Assembly: GCA_963702845.1 (NCBI GenBank)
Contig: OY969763.1
Span: forward strand, 5,728,001 to 5,792,000
DNA: 64,000 bases
Reading direction: 5' to 3'
Source: an uncultured Verrucomicrobiae bacterium
Lineage (GTDB): Bacteria > Verrucomicrobiota > Verrucomicrobiia > Limisphaerales > Palsa-1400
Of this stretch, positions 46,007 through 55,658 are shown piece after piece. Within the stretch, counting starts at the first letter, position 1, and every line of letters begins with the position of its first letter. The position numbers and the translations under genes were made by a program. The notes beneath the pieces were generated by a model. The model had not been told where the DNA came from and ran no database searches. It saw only the letters and a program-made list of their open reading frames with translations.

Positions 46007-48626
46007 TCAACGAAATCCTGATCTCGATTTCACTATAATCCCTCGGTCGCCGAACTGAAGCTGAGAGACATGACTGAGAGCAACGTATTTTAAGCTGTTG
46101 TTTCGATCAGCCCGCACTACGCAGAGCATGCCTTTCATTGAGAAAAACAGATGATCTGCGGACAACGTCCGATCGCTGCGTTGTTGTGGGTCAGCGGCTA
46201 AGACGTAATCGCGATCGCCTGAAATGAGTTCGACGTACAGGCCAACGTCAGCACCAGTTGTCGCGTTGGTAACGCTATGCAACAAAAGGCGAGTGATTCG
46301 CTTGATGGTTGACGTCTTTTCGAACGGTTCAAGCACGCTGACAAAGGTTGAACTCAAAGGTGCGGCACCAGTTTTACGCGTAATCAGACATGGGATCCAA
46401 GCTTCGCCTAAATTGTCGGCGAGGTGGACGGGTGGGGCGATCCAGGCTTCGGCGGTGATGGCGTCGACGCCGGTCGAGAGATCGGTGTAGCGCATTTTTA
46501 GGTTCGTGTTTTTCGGGAGTTGGTGGAAGCGATCTTCGATGTTCCAGTCCAGGCTCCAGCCATTTGGCGGATTAGTCGCGAGGGCGAAGTTGCGGAGTTG
46601 GCCACCGGTGATGAGGTCGGTTTTTGAAGGGGTGAAATGTAGGTTGCTCGTGGTGAGGGTCGAGATGGGGCCGTAGACGAATTTGTAGTGGCCGCTGCCG
46701 GCGATGGTGCGGAAGATGTCGAGGACGTAGAAATTTTTGTCGTCGATGTCGATGAGCGCGGCGGTGCGTTCGTATTGTTTGCCGCCGACCACTGCTGGAG
46801 CATCGGCGCGGATGGCGTGGAACATTTCGCCGTCGGCCCACATGGTTGCTTTGCCGGTGGCAGGACGTTGGGGTTGATCAACAAGCACGGTGTTGTGAGC
46901 GCCGGTTGTTTTGTACCATTCGGCGCGCGGAGTGGTACCAGCCGCCGAATTGGACAGGTGGATAGCCGAAGTCAGGCAAAAGGTCCATGCCGTGGGCGAA
47001 GAGACCTATGGTCATGCCATCGAGATGGCTGTGGTTGCCATAGGAATCGTAATCAAGCCAGAGGGCTCGAGCGTTTTTGCCTTTGCCGCTGCGGAGGATG
47101 GCGATGTGCCAGTCTTCTTTGTTGATGCTGCCGAGTTTTAGGTCTTCGCCGTTCTTTGCGATGACTTGCTTCGTCGATTTTTGGAACCGCGATGGATTAT
47201 CGGCGAACAAATCGTGCGGAAGGTTTTTGACTGAGTGGTTGTTTTCTCGATGGAGAATTTGGATATAAGCCGGGTCGTGCGTTGCTTCGTATAAGCGCCA
47301 GAAGAAGGAATACATCGAGGGGGCAAGAGGATCGGACTGAGTTTTGTCAAAACTAGCGCCGACGTAATGGGGCGTGGGTTGACCGAAAGCGCTGCAGTCA
47401 CCAGAGCGCGGGTAGTATTGGTCCAAACAATATGTGTCGATATGGAAGCGCCAGGTGTTGGTGAGTGACGGATTACGTTGGATCAGGGCGGGCAGAAAGG
47501 TGGCGTCGGCGCGGCTGTATTCTTCGAGAAAACTGGCCAGGCTGGCGATGGTGTAGGAGGTGTAGCCGCTCAGGCCTTTTTCACCAGTGACGCCGTCGAC
47601 CGCGGTGGCGGGTTTTACGAAATGATCGATCATCGCTTCGACCGCTTTGCGGTTTTCGGGCCAGCCGAGGACGGTGGTTAAAACCGTGAGACAGATTTCG
47701 TCGCGTGGAAAATTGCTGTGGACGCGTTCGCGGTGGATGAGCGGGTGGCGCAAGAGGCCGGTTTCAATATTTTGACGCTTTGCGTCGTCGCGGAAGCCTT
47801 CGAAGATTTGATCGTAGGCCAACGCGAGTTCGCGCGTTTCTTCACACGCGTCGTGCCAGACGGAGATGTAGCCGTTATTCCCGCCGGTTTCGTAGGTCAA
47901 GCCTTGGCTGGCGTAGTCAAAGCTGGGATAGAAATCGGCAAGGCGATCGAGGAGGACGCCGCATTGGTTGGCGTAGGTTTCGTCGCCGGTCAGGACGTAG
48001 GCGCGGGCGAGAGCTTTTGCGCCGTTGAGGATTACTTGTTTGAATTGGCCGTAGATTTCGTACGCGCCGATGAATCGCCAGCGATGGCCGTCGTCGACGT
48101 AGCCTTCGCCGTCGTCGACGCCAAACATGTGGAGTGGGTCTGCTGCGTCGGGATGGTCGGTGTTAAAAAGCAGGGCGCGGTTGGCGTGTTTTTGGTTGAA
48201 CCAGCCTTTTTCATCGAGGCCGCTCTTGTAATAGGCGTAGAAATCATTTTTTGGGAAGACTTCGTTGCAGTTGGGGCAGGAGAGTTTCCATGGTTTTTTT
48301 TGAGCGTCGATTTTCCAGTCGTACATGCGGACTGGTTTTTTGCAGGTGGGGCAATAGCCATCGGACCAAACCATCCAGGAACGAGTGGTGCCGGGGCTGA
48401 AGACGAGGTCGCGGAGTTGTTCGTCGGAATTGGTGTGCCACCAGGTGGCGTTGGTGATGACGGTGGTTAGGAAATTTTTGCCGTTGGGGTCGTGTTTTAG
48501 GTTGGTGCGGATTTTTTGAAGGACGTCCTGGGGATAGAAGGCGCTGTGTTGTTTGTTGGTTTCGGTGGCGGAAAGGGAAAGGGAGAGTGAGAGTGAAAGT
48601 GCAAAAATGGCTTTGTACAGGCGCAT
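46007..48626 (-). CDS. Heparinase II/III-family polysaccharide lyase, frameshifted near 46915
   Basis: Signal peptide; helical N-terminal region; ILRSG..NHSHLDGMTIGLFAHGMDLLPDFGYP..HNTVLVD joining ORFs 46878..48689 and 46007..46888. Confidence 0.75.
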
Positions 48627-48666
48627 GGTTTTACCAGAAGCGTGAACGACTGGATGGCGCATGATT

Positions 48667-49118
48667 GGGTTGTTTAGGTTGTTTGTCACAACGATTTTTT
48701 ATTAGGTGCGAATAACCGCGAATAACCGCGAATCGGATAAGGTTGGAATTTTTTTTAATTTGGTTTGAATTGCTTTGAAAAGGCGCCTGAGGAATGGGAC
48801 CTCTCGGAAGAATGGGAGCTATGTGTCGGCGCAGTGGCAGTGGCGGAATTCTTCATGACTGATCTTTCCATGTTTCCGAAGAGCGTTATTGCTCGGCGGG
48901 CACACGTTGTGCGTGCAGGGGGATTGTGCAAGAAGTGGCTACTCTGTCAAAAAATGTAGGAAAAGGAGGGAAGCCAGGGAAAGGAGGGAAAAGAAGTGCA
49001 GTTTTTTGTGATGAAATTGTGCGTTTTTATGGGGTTGGCATGGTTTTTGAGAGGGGGCTTCACCACAGAGGCACAGAGAGGAAGGCGAACGTTCAACTCC
49101 CAACATCCAACGTCGAAC
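48667..49118 (+). repeat. Cluster of short-period repeats
   Basis: GCGAATAACC x2.6 (48708-48733); 9-bp-period GGGAAAGGA-like run (48958-48995); CACCACAGAGGCACAGAGAG (49061-49080); heptamers GAACGTT CAACTCC CAACATC CAACGTC GAAC (49087-49118). Confidence 0.75.
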
Positions 49119-49166
49119 GATATGCGGACTTGATCATCCGTGCTCAACGCGCCTGCGTGATGCGCG

Positions 49167-50258
49167 CTATCTGACCGCTTCTTCGATGGCGCTTACGATG
49201 AGGTCTTGGTCCTTCTCGCTCAAGAATGGGTGCATTGGCAAACTCAGGACTTCGTTGGCGGCTTTTTCGGAGACGGGGAATTGGCCGGGTTTGTAGCCGT
49301 ACGGGGCGAAGACGGGTTGTTCGTGGATGGACTTTGGGTAGTAGACGGCGGTTGGGATGCCTTTGGCTTTTAGCTTTGTTGCCACTTCGTCGCGGTTGGG
49401 GACGCGGATGGTGTATTGAGCGTAGACGTGGGTGTTGCCTGTTTCGATCTTTGGGACGATGCAGCAGTTTTTTAGTTTTTCGGAATATCTCGCGCCGATA
49501 GCGATGCGGGCTTCGACTTCTTTTTCGAAATGGGGCCATTTGGCCATAAGCACTGCGGCCTGGATGGTATCGAAACGGCCGTTCATGCCGACGAGCGGGT
49601 GGTGGTGGCGTTTGATGCCGCCATGGGTGCGGATGGCGCGCATTTTATCGGCGAGTTCGTCGTCGCTGGTGAACAACGCGCCGCCTTCGCCGTAGCAACC
49701 CAAGGGTTTCGCGGGGAAGAAGCTGGTGCTGGAAATCTTGGTGACGCCGCAGCTGCGCTTGCCGTTTTGGGTCGCGCCGAAGCTTTGGGCGGCGTCTTCG
49801 ATGACGGTGATGTTGTGTTTTGCGGCGATTTTGTTGATTGCGTCGCAGCCGGGCATTTGGCCGAACAAGCTGACTGGGATGATGGCTTTGGTGCGAGGGG
49901 TTATGGCGGGTTCGATTTGGCTGATGTCGATGTTGTAGGTGTCGGGTTCGATGTCGATGAAGACGGGTTTTGCGCCAACTAACAGAATGACTTCAGCGGT
50001 GCTGATCCAGGTGAAAGGGACGGTGATGACTTCGTCGCCGGGGCCGATGTCGAGGGCGCGCAAGGCGATTTCGAGGCTGTCGGTGCCGCTGGCGACGGTG
50101 AGGCAATGGCGGGTGTTGGTGTAAGTCGCGAGGGTTTGTTCGAGTTCGGTGTTTTCGGGGCCGAGAATGTATTGGCCGTGTTCGAGAACTTTTTTGATGC
50201 GAGCGTCGATCTCCGCCTGGTAGAGGCGGTATTGGGTCTTCAGGTCTATGAAATCCAT
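49167..50258 (-). CDS. DegT/DnrJ/EryC1/StrS aminotransferase (WbpE-like nucleotide-sugar aminotransferase)
   Basis: MDFIDLKTQY, SGTDSL, IEDAAQSFGA, TSFFPAKPLGCYGEGGA, GMNGRFDTIQAA, LSLPMHP. Confidence 0.93.
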   Translation of the reverse strand: MDFIDLKTQYRLYQAEIDARIKKVLEHGQYILGPENTELEQTLATYTNTRHCLTVASGTDSLEIALRALDIGPGDEVITVPFTWISTAEVILLVGAKPVFIDIEPDTYNIDISQIEPAITPRTKAIIPVSLFGQMPGCDAINKIAAKHNITVIEDAAQSFGATQNGKRSCGVTKISSTSFFPAKPLGCYGEGGALFTSDDELADKMRAIRTHGGIKRHHHPLVGMNGRFDTIQAAVLMAKWPHFEKEVEARIAIGARYSEKLKNCCIVPKIETGNTHVYAQYTIRVPNRDEVATKLKAKGIPTAVYYPKSIHEQPVFAPYGYKPGQFPVSEKAANEVLSLPMHPFLSEKDQDLIVSAIEEAVR

Positions 50259-50267
50259 GCGAAGAGA

Positions 50268-50422
50268 AGGATGAGGGATGGGAAGAGAATTTCAAATTTC
50301 AAATTTCAGATTTCAAAGGAAGAAAAAAGAAATTTCAAATTCGCATTTCAAATTTTCGGTGGGTCGGTGGGTGGGAAAAAGCGGTCCCGACGGGTCGAGA
50401 CCGCAGTTCAAGACGCGTCGCG
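50268..50422 (+). repeat. Heptamer repeats plus REP-like hairpin
   Basis: ATTTCA(A/G) x4 (50289-50316) with further copies at 50331-50356; hairpin GCGGTC(C)CGAC-GG-GTCG(A)GACCGC followed by AGTTCAAGACGCG (50378-50422). Confidence 0.75.
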
Positions 50423-50498
50423 TTGTACTACGCATTTGGTCAGTTGTAATAACGATTGGGCTTTGTCGGGTGGAATGAGTTGTGTTACATCAAAGGCG

Positions 50499-51263
50499 AT
50501 GCCAGATCGTTTGCCGACTTGTTTCGATAGTGTAGGACCGTTTAAGGAGTTTTTTCAGACGGGGACGCCGGTTTTGATGTACCACAAAATCGGGAAAAGA
50601 CCACGAGGGGTTCGACTCAAGGGGCTTTATGTCAACCCGGAGCAGTTCGAGCGGCATGTGCAGGAGTTGAAGGATAACGGTTTTGCCAGCGCGACTCTCT
50701 CGGAGTTGGCGACGATGACCGCCTCTGCGCCTTTATCGAACAAGGTCGTGTTTACGTTCGATGATGGCTTTCGCAATGTTTTGGAGAATGCGGTGGCGCC
50801 ATTGGGCAAGGCTGGGTTTAAGGCGATTCAGTTTTTAGTGCCGAATTATTTGGGCAAGGTCAATGAATGGGATTTGCGCGACGGTGAAGTGCCGGAAACG
50901 TTGATGGATAAAATTCAGGTGCAGGATTGGCTGGCCGCCGGGCACGAAATCGGGTCGCACTCGATGACGCATGCCAGCTTGACGCGGCTTTCGGTGCGGG
51001 ATGCGCGCGAGGAAATTATCAGCAGCAAGAAGAAGCTGGAGGATATGTTCGCTTGTCCGATCGTTCATTTTTGTTATCCGTATGGAAACTGGAATGATGC
51101 AATTCGCGATGTGGTGATTGAAGCTGGCTACCAGACGGCATGCACGACGAAGTTCGGCGTGAACACGCCTGAGACGGCCAAGCATGCCATGAATCGCATT
51201 ACGGCCCGGCATCCGACGCGCAGTTTGAAGGCGCTGAAGGAACGGTTGTTTAAAAGTTCGTAG
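50499..51263 (+). CDS. Polysaccharide deacetylase (CE4/NodB)
   Basis: PVLMYHKI, FTFDDG, HEIGSHSMTH, FCYPYG. Confidence 0.9.
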   Translation: MPDRLPTCFDSVGPFKEFFQTGTPVLMYHKIGKRPRGVRLKGLYVNPEQFERHVQELKDNGFASATLSELATMTASAPLSNKVVFTFDDGFRNVLENAVAPLGKAGFKAIQFLVPNYLGKVNEWDLRDGEVPETLMDKIQVQDWLAAGHEIGSHSMTHASLTRLSVRDAREEIISSKKKLEDMFACPIVHFCYPYGNWNDAIRDVVIEAGYQTACTTKFGVNTPETAKHAMNRITARHPTRSLKALKERLFKSS

Positions 51264-51484
51264 GTGCAACATTCTGGCGGGAACCCAAGGGGCAACTTAC
51301 CGATCGTTCTCGCAAATCGGGGCATTCAGGGATTTTCCTTATGCAGCAACCATGCGTTTCCTTACACGCGAATACTTGATTTTCTTTGGCCGCAAGCGGA
51401 CGTTAAACCTTAGGCAAAAACTTTGGCTGATTGAGCTCTGCTGGGTTAAAGTAAGAGCCTTTAAACAAAGTGTTTGCGCAAGAT

Positions 51485-52660
51485 ATGCCCGATTCGAAGG
51501 AGGAAAGAAGTTCATGGTTAGCAGCGTCGCGTTTGGCCGCCATCGTCGATTCTTGTGACGACGCGATTGTCAGCAAGAATCTCGATGGCTATATCACAAG
51601 CTGGAATAAAAGTGCCGAACGAATTTTCGGGTATACGACAAAGGAAGCGATCGGCGAACACATCACATTGATTATTCCGCCGGAACGCCGCGAGGAAGAA
51701 CCAAAGATCCTGGAGCGATTGCGACGGGGCGAGCGCGTGGATCATTATGAGACGGTTCGTTTAACGAAGGACGGACGGCGCATCAGTATTTCTTTGACGA
51801 TTTCACCGATTCGCGACGACGAAGGGCACATCGTGGGCGCGTCGAAGATTGCGCGCGACATTACAGCGCAGAAAACGGCGGATGAAGCAGTGACACACGC
51901 GCAGACGCAATTGCGGGAATACGCGGCGACTTTGGAGCAACGTGTGGCCGAGCGCACGTCGCGATTGGAAGACTTGAACAAGTCACTGGAAGGTTTGTCC
52001 TACAGCATCGCGCACGACTTGCGCGCGCCGTTGCGGGCGATTCAAGGCATGACGGAGATTTTGGTGGAGGACAATCCGTCGCACTTTGACGAGAGCAGCA
52101 AACGGGTCGCCCAGGAAATTATCAAGTCGGTGCGACGGATGGACAATTTGATCACGGACCTGATGAGTTACGGACGCTTGTCGCATGATGAGCTTCCGGT
52201 AGGTGCCGTCCATCTCGATGAAGTTGTTAAACAGGTAACGCGCAATATGCAGGTTGAGATTGAAGCTGTGCGCGCATCGCTCGACGTTGCGCCCGACTTG
52301 CCGGTGGTGAAGGCACATCGGACAACGCTTGAGCAGGTCATGACGAATCTACTGGGCAACGCAATGAAATTTGTTGATCCGGCCAGACCAGTGCGAGTGC
52401 AGGTGTATGCAACGGAGGCGGTAGCGGGCGATGGTTACGTTCGCCTGGTGGTGGAGGATAATGGAATTGGCTTACAGCCGGAGTTTCGTGATCGGATTTA
52501 TCGAATTTTCGAGCGGCTGCATTCCGGCAATAAATATCCGGGCACGGGCATTGGTTTGGCGATTGTGCAAAAAGGGATTGAGCGGATGGGAGGGCGGACC
52601 GGAGTGGATTCGAAGCCCGGGACGGGAAGTAAGTTTTGGTTCGAGTTGCCGAGGGCGTGA
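51485..52660 (+). CDS. Cytoplasmic PAS/PAC sensor histidine kinase (HisKA plus HATPase)
   Basis: LAAIVDSCDDAIVSKNLDG..WNKSAERIFGY..GASKIARDIT; H-box SYSIAHDLRAPLR; NLLGNAMKF, DNGIG, GTGIGL. Confidence 0.93.
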   Translation: MPDSKEERSSWLAASRLAAIVDSCDDAIVSKNLDGYITSWNKSAERIFGYTTKEAIGEHITLIIPPERREEEPKILERLRRGERVDHYETVRLTKDGRRISISLTISPIRDDEGHIVGASKIARDITAQKTADEAVTHAQTQLREYAATLEQRVAERTSRLEDLNKSLEGLSYSIAHDLRAPLRAIQGMTEILVEDNPSHFDESSKRVAQEIIKSVRRMDNLITDLMSYGRLSHDELPVGAVHLDEVVKQVTRNMQVEIEAVRASLDVAPDLPVVKAHRTTLEQVMTNLLGNAMKFVDPARPVRVQVYATEAVAGDGYVRLVVEDNGIGLQPEFRDRIYRIFERLHSGNKYPGTGIGLAIVQKGIERMGGRTGVDSKPGTGSKFWFELPRA

Positions 52661-52697
52661 GCGCGATATGTAACCGGCGTCAGCACCTTGCGTGCTT

Positions 52698-53327
52698 TTA
52701 TTCCACGAGGCCGTTTTTGATCGCGTAGTAGGTCAGTTCAGCGTTGCTGCGCAAATTTAATTTTTCCAATAGCCGCGTGCGATAGGTGCTGACCGTTTTA
52801 ACGCTTAAGGAAAGCATTTTGGCGACTTCAGTTGGAGTGTTGCCTTTGGCGAGTAGGCGCATGACTTCGTATTCGCGATCGGACAATGATTCGTGCGGGG
52901 GAGCGTCGGTGTCTTGCCCGAGTTTGGTGGCGAGTTTTTCGGCGAGCGATTGGCTGATGTATTTTCCGCCGGCGACCACTTTCTTGATTGCATTAATCAG
53001 TTCGGTCGGAGCCATTTCTTTACGGACGAACCCGGCCGCGCCTGCTTTGAGAACGCGCACGGCGAATTCATCCTCGGAACAAGCGGTCAAAATGAGCACG
53101 GGCAATGTTGGCCGGAGCATTTTGATGTCGCGCAAAATATCGATGCCGCTGCGGCCGGGCATGGTGATGTCGAGCACGACCACGTCCCATTCTTTTTTGC
53201 TGATTTGCTCAAGCGCCTCGCCGGCATTGGAGGCTTCACCAATGGCTGCGTTGCCGAACCCAGCCTGGATGAGCTGCTTCAAGCCCATGCGAATGAGCGC
53301 GTGGTCGTCAGTGATGAGGATGCGCAT
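52698..53327 (-). CDS. NarL/FixJ-family response regulator (REC plus LuxR HTH)
   Basis: ILITDDH, VVLDITMPG, LSDREYEV..LSLSVKTVSTYRTRLLEKL. Confidence 0.95.
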   Translation of the reverse strand: MRILITDDHALIRMGLKQLIQAGFGNAAIGEASNAGEALEQISKKEWDVVVLDITMPGRSGIDILRDIKMLRPTLPVLILTACSEDEFAVRVLKAGAAGFVRKEMAPTELINAIKKVVAGGKYISQSLAEKLATKLGQDTDAPPHESLSDREYEVMRLLAKGNTPTEVAKMLSLSVKTVSTYRTRLLEKLNLRSNAELTYYAIKNGLVE

Positions 53328-53329
53328 AG

Positions 53330-53572
53330 TTATTTCGATTTGGCGGAAACTTGTTCGATGACTTCGCGCACCGAGATGGCGATCTCGGTGGTGAGTTGTG
53401 AGAGTTGCTGAATTTTTGGCGCGAGTGAGTTGGTTTTCGGCAGTGTGGCCTGTAGAACGGCAAGTTCGAGGCCGAGGACGGTGAGCTTCTGGCTGATGTC
53501 GTCGTGGATTTTGCGCGCGAGCAGGTGGTTGCTCGCGGCGTCTGGACTTTGTTGTTTAGCCGAACGACTCAC
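53330..53572 (-). CDS. Stand-alone HisKA_3-like dimerisation/phosphoacceptor (DHp) protein
   Basis: LLARKIHDDISQKLTVLGLEL matches the HisKA_3 H-box pattern; two amphipathic helices; stop lies 2 bp before the regulator ATG. Confidence 0.7.
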   Translation of the reverse strand: MSRSAKQQSPDAASNHLLARKIHDDISQKLTVLGLELAVLQATLPKTNSLAPKIQQLSQLTTEIAISVREVIEQVSAKSK

Positions 53573-53701
53573 GGTATTGGTTGAAAACCTTACTTTGGCG
53601 CGAGTAGTAATACCGCAGCGTGGGCAATGGTTGCCAGATTTTGTTTTTCTGGCATCTGAGACTACATTCAGGCGGGCAGCCGGTCACCCACGGCGCCTGA
53701 G

Positions 53702-54706
53702 GTGATGTATCGAATTCTGTTGCTCATCCGTAATAAACGAAATCGCCAGGCACTGGAAACGGGCCTGGAGGAGGATTTTCAACTCGTTTCGAGCGACACA
53801 GAAACGGCCTCACAATCCGAAAACCCGACCGAACGTCTGCATCGTCTACTCGAAGAACATTTTGACCTCGCCATCATCGATGGGCCGATGTTGAAGCAAC
53901 TGAAATCGAAAGTGCGTAAATGCCGCGAGGCGCGAGCTCCGGTGTTTTTGCCATTCCTGCTGCTGACGGTGCGGCACAAAGGGAACATTCCAACGCGGGC
54001 CCTGGGCAAGCTGGTGGATGACGTGATCGTAAAGCCGGTGCATCGGAATGAATTGCGGGCGCGCGTGGAGAATTTATTGCGCCGCCGCGAGCTGTCACTT
54101 GTTTACAAAAAGGAGCATGACACGGTGACGCGGTTGGTGGTGACGGATGACGTGACCGGTTATCACAACACGCGTTATTTGCGCCGCTACATGGACAAAT
54201 TTTTCGGCGCACAGAAGTTGCGCGGCAAACGGCTGTCGTTGGTTTTCTTTGATATCGATGATTTCAAAAATGTCGTGGACACCTACGGGCATCAGATGGG
54301 AAGCAAGGTTTTGCGGGAGATTGCGCAGGCGGTGAATAAGGTGCTGGATCCGGAAGATCGCATTGTGCGTTATGGCGGCGATGAGTTTGTCGTGGTTTTG
54401 CCTGGACAAGACAGGGCGGCTGCGGCGCTGAAGGTGGAGGCAATGCGCGAGGCGATCAGCGAAACGGAGTTTTTGGACAGGGAAGAATTTTACGTGCGTG
54501 TGACGGCGTCGTTCGGAATGGCGACGTTTCCGCACGATGCGAAGGATGAGGAAGGGTTGCTGGCGTCGGCGGACGAATGTTTATTCGCAAGCAAGCGCGA
54601 AGGTAAAAACCGCATCACGCTCCCGCGCAGTCGACGAAATATGTATGCGTTCAGTCTGCGGCAGGGGCCACCAACTGTTCGCGAGAAACCTCGCCCTGAG
54701 GAGTGA
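53702..54706 (+). CDS. Diguanylate cyclase with atypical receiver domain
   Basis: REC-like N-terminus (FDLAIIDG..DDVIVKP..ELRARV); TDDVTG.HN, FDIDDFK.VVDTYGH..G, RYGGDEF. Confidence 0.9.
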   Translation: MMYRILLLIRNKRNRQALETGLEEDFQLVSSDTETASQSENPTERLHRLLEEHFDLAIIDGPMLKQLKSKVRKCREARAPVFLPFLLLTVRHKGNIPTRALGKLVDDVIVKPVHRNELRARVENLLRRRELSLVYKKEHDTVTRLVVTDDVTGYHNTRYLRRYMDKFFGAQKLRGKRLSLVFFDIDDFKNVVDTYGHQMGSKVLREIAQAVNKVLDPEDRIVRYGGDEFVVVLPGQDRAAAALKVEAMREAISETEFLDREEFYVRVTASFGMATFPHDAKDEEGLLASADECLFASKREGKNRITLPRSRRNMYAFSLRQGPPTVREKPRPEE

Positions 54707-55574
54707 CGCGGAAAGTAAAGGGCACGCCGCGGGGCATGAGGGCGCTGCGGAATTCCAAACCGTAAACGATGGCGGCCTGGTGGTCGGAAGATTCGCGCCA
54801 GACTGGCGTTAAAAAAAATGCGTCGAAACGAGCGGCAGCTTCAGTTTTGCGGGCGGCTTCGACGATCGGCGTTTTTTCTTCTGGAATGATTTTAGCCAAC
54901 AACTCGATTTTGCGATGGAACGGGTAGGCGAGGTAGTGCTCGTAAATTTCGGGCTGCTGCACGACGGCGCGAAAGCGTTGCGGACCGAATGGCTCGGGAT
55001 AGATGTAGATTGGCGCGGTGCTGTTGGATTGTGCGCGGGCGAGGGTAATTGAAGTGTTGCTGCACCACTCACAGATGCCGACGTAAACTGCGATGAGGCA
55101 AAGGCCGGTTTGCCAAATACGCGTCGTTCGTTCTGGCCGAACGCGACTCAAAGCCCAGGAGGCGATCAAAAGTGCCCAGATCATCAGGTCGATGATGTAA
55201 ATCCAATTGAGGCTGACGCGACGCCAATCGAACGGCCAGAAGAGCACGACGCCGTATGCGTTCCATAAATCGGCGAACAGATGGCCCGCGACGCCGAGAG
55301 TTGTTAAACCAAATACCACCGGCCAGGAGAGGTTTGGGTAATAGCGACGAAAGACGAACGTCGCGAGCACGATCAGAATCGCCGCGCCTAGAAAAGAATG
55401 AGTTGGAGTGCGACGCCACAAGAATGCGATTGGTCCGCCGAACAGGCACACGACGTCGAGATCGGGCAGATTTGACGCGACTGCGAGGATGACGGTCGTG
55501 CCGCGGCCGAATTTTTGCGAAAGGCCAGCGCGAGCCATTCCGATACCGATCAGAGTGTGAGTGAGGTTGTCCAA
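54651..55574 (-). CDS. Membrane metal-dependent hydrolase (YdjM-like)
   Basis: MDNLTHTLIG, SNLPDLD, RRTPTHS, GHLFADLWNAYG..WPF. Confidence 0.82.
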   Translation of the reverse strand: MDNLTHTLIGIGMARAGLSQKFGRGTTVILAVASNLPDLDVVCLFGGPIAFLWRRTPTHSFLGAAILIVLATFVFRRYYPNLSWPVVFGLTTLGVAGHLFADLWNAYGVVLFWPFDWRRVSLNWIYIIDLMIWALLIASWALSRVRPERTTRIWQTGLCLIAVYVGICEWCSNTSITLARAQSNSTAPIYIYPEPFGPQRFRAVVQQPEIYEHYLAYPFHRKIELLAKIIPEEKTPIVEAARKTEAAARFDAFFLTPVWRESSDHQAAIVYGLEFRSALMPRGVPFTFRVTPQGEVSREQLVAPAAD

Positions 55575-55658
55575 TTGTCAGAATTTAAAGCAAAAAATTT
55601 TAACGTGCGCAACGTTCGTATATTTAGTTTACTAGCGGAAACCAATTCAGACCGCATT

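Noticed and set aside
20590..46920. Isolated frameshifts near 20625, 26785 and 46915
   Set aside because: Single indels that rejoin into one coherent protein; no slippery site with a stimulatory structure seen. Treated as probable sequence errors.
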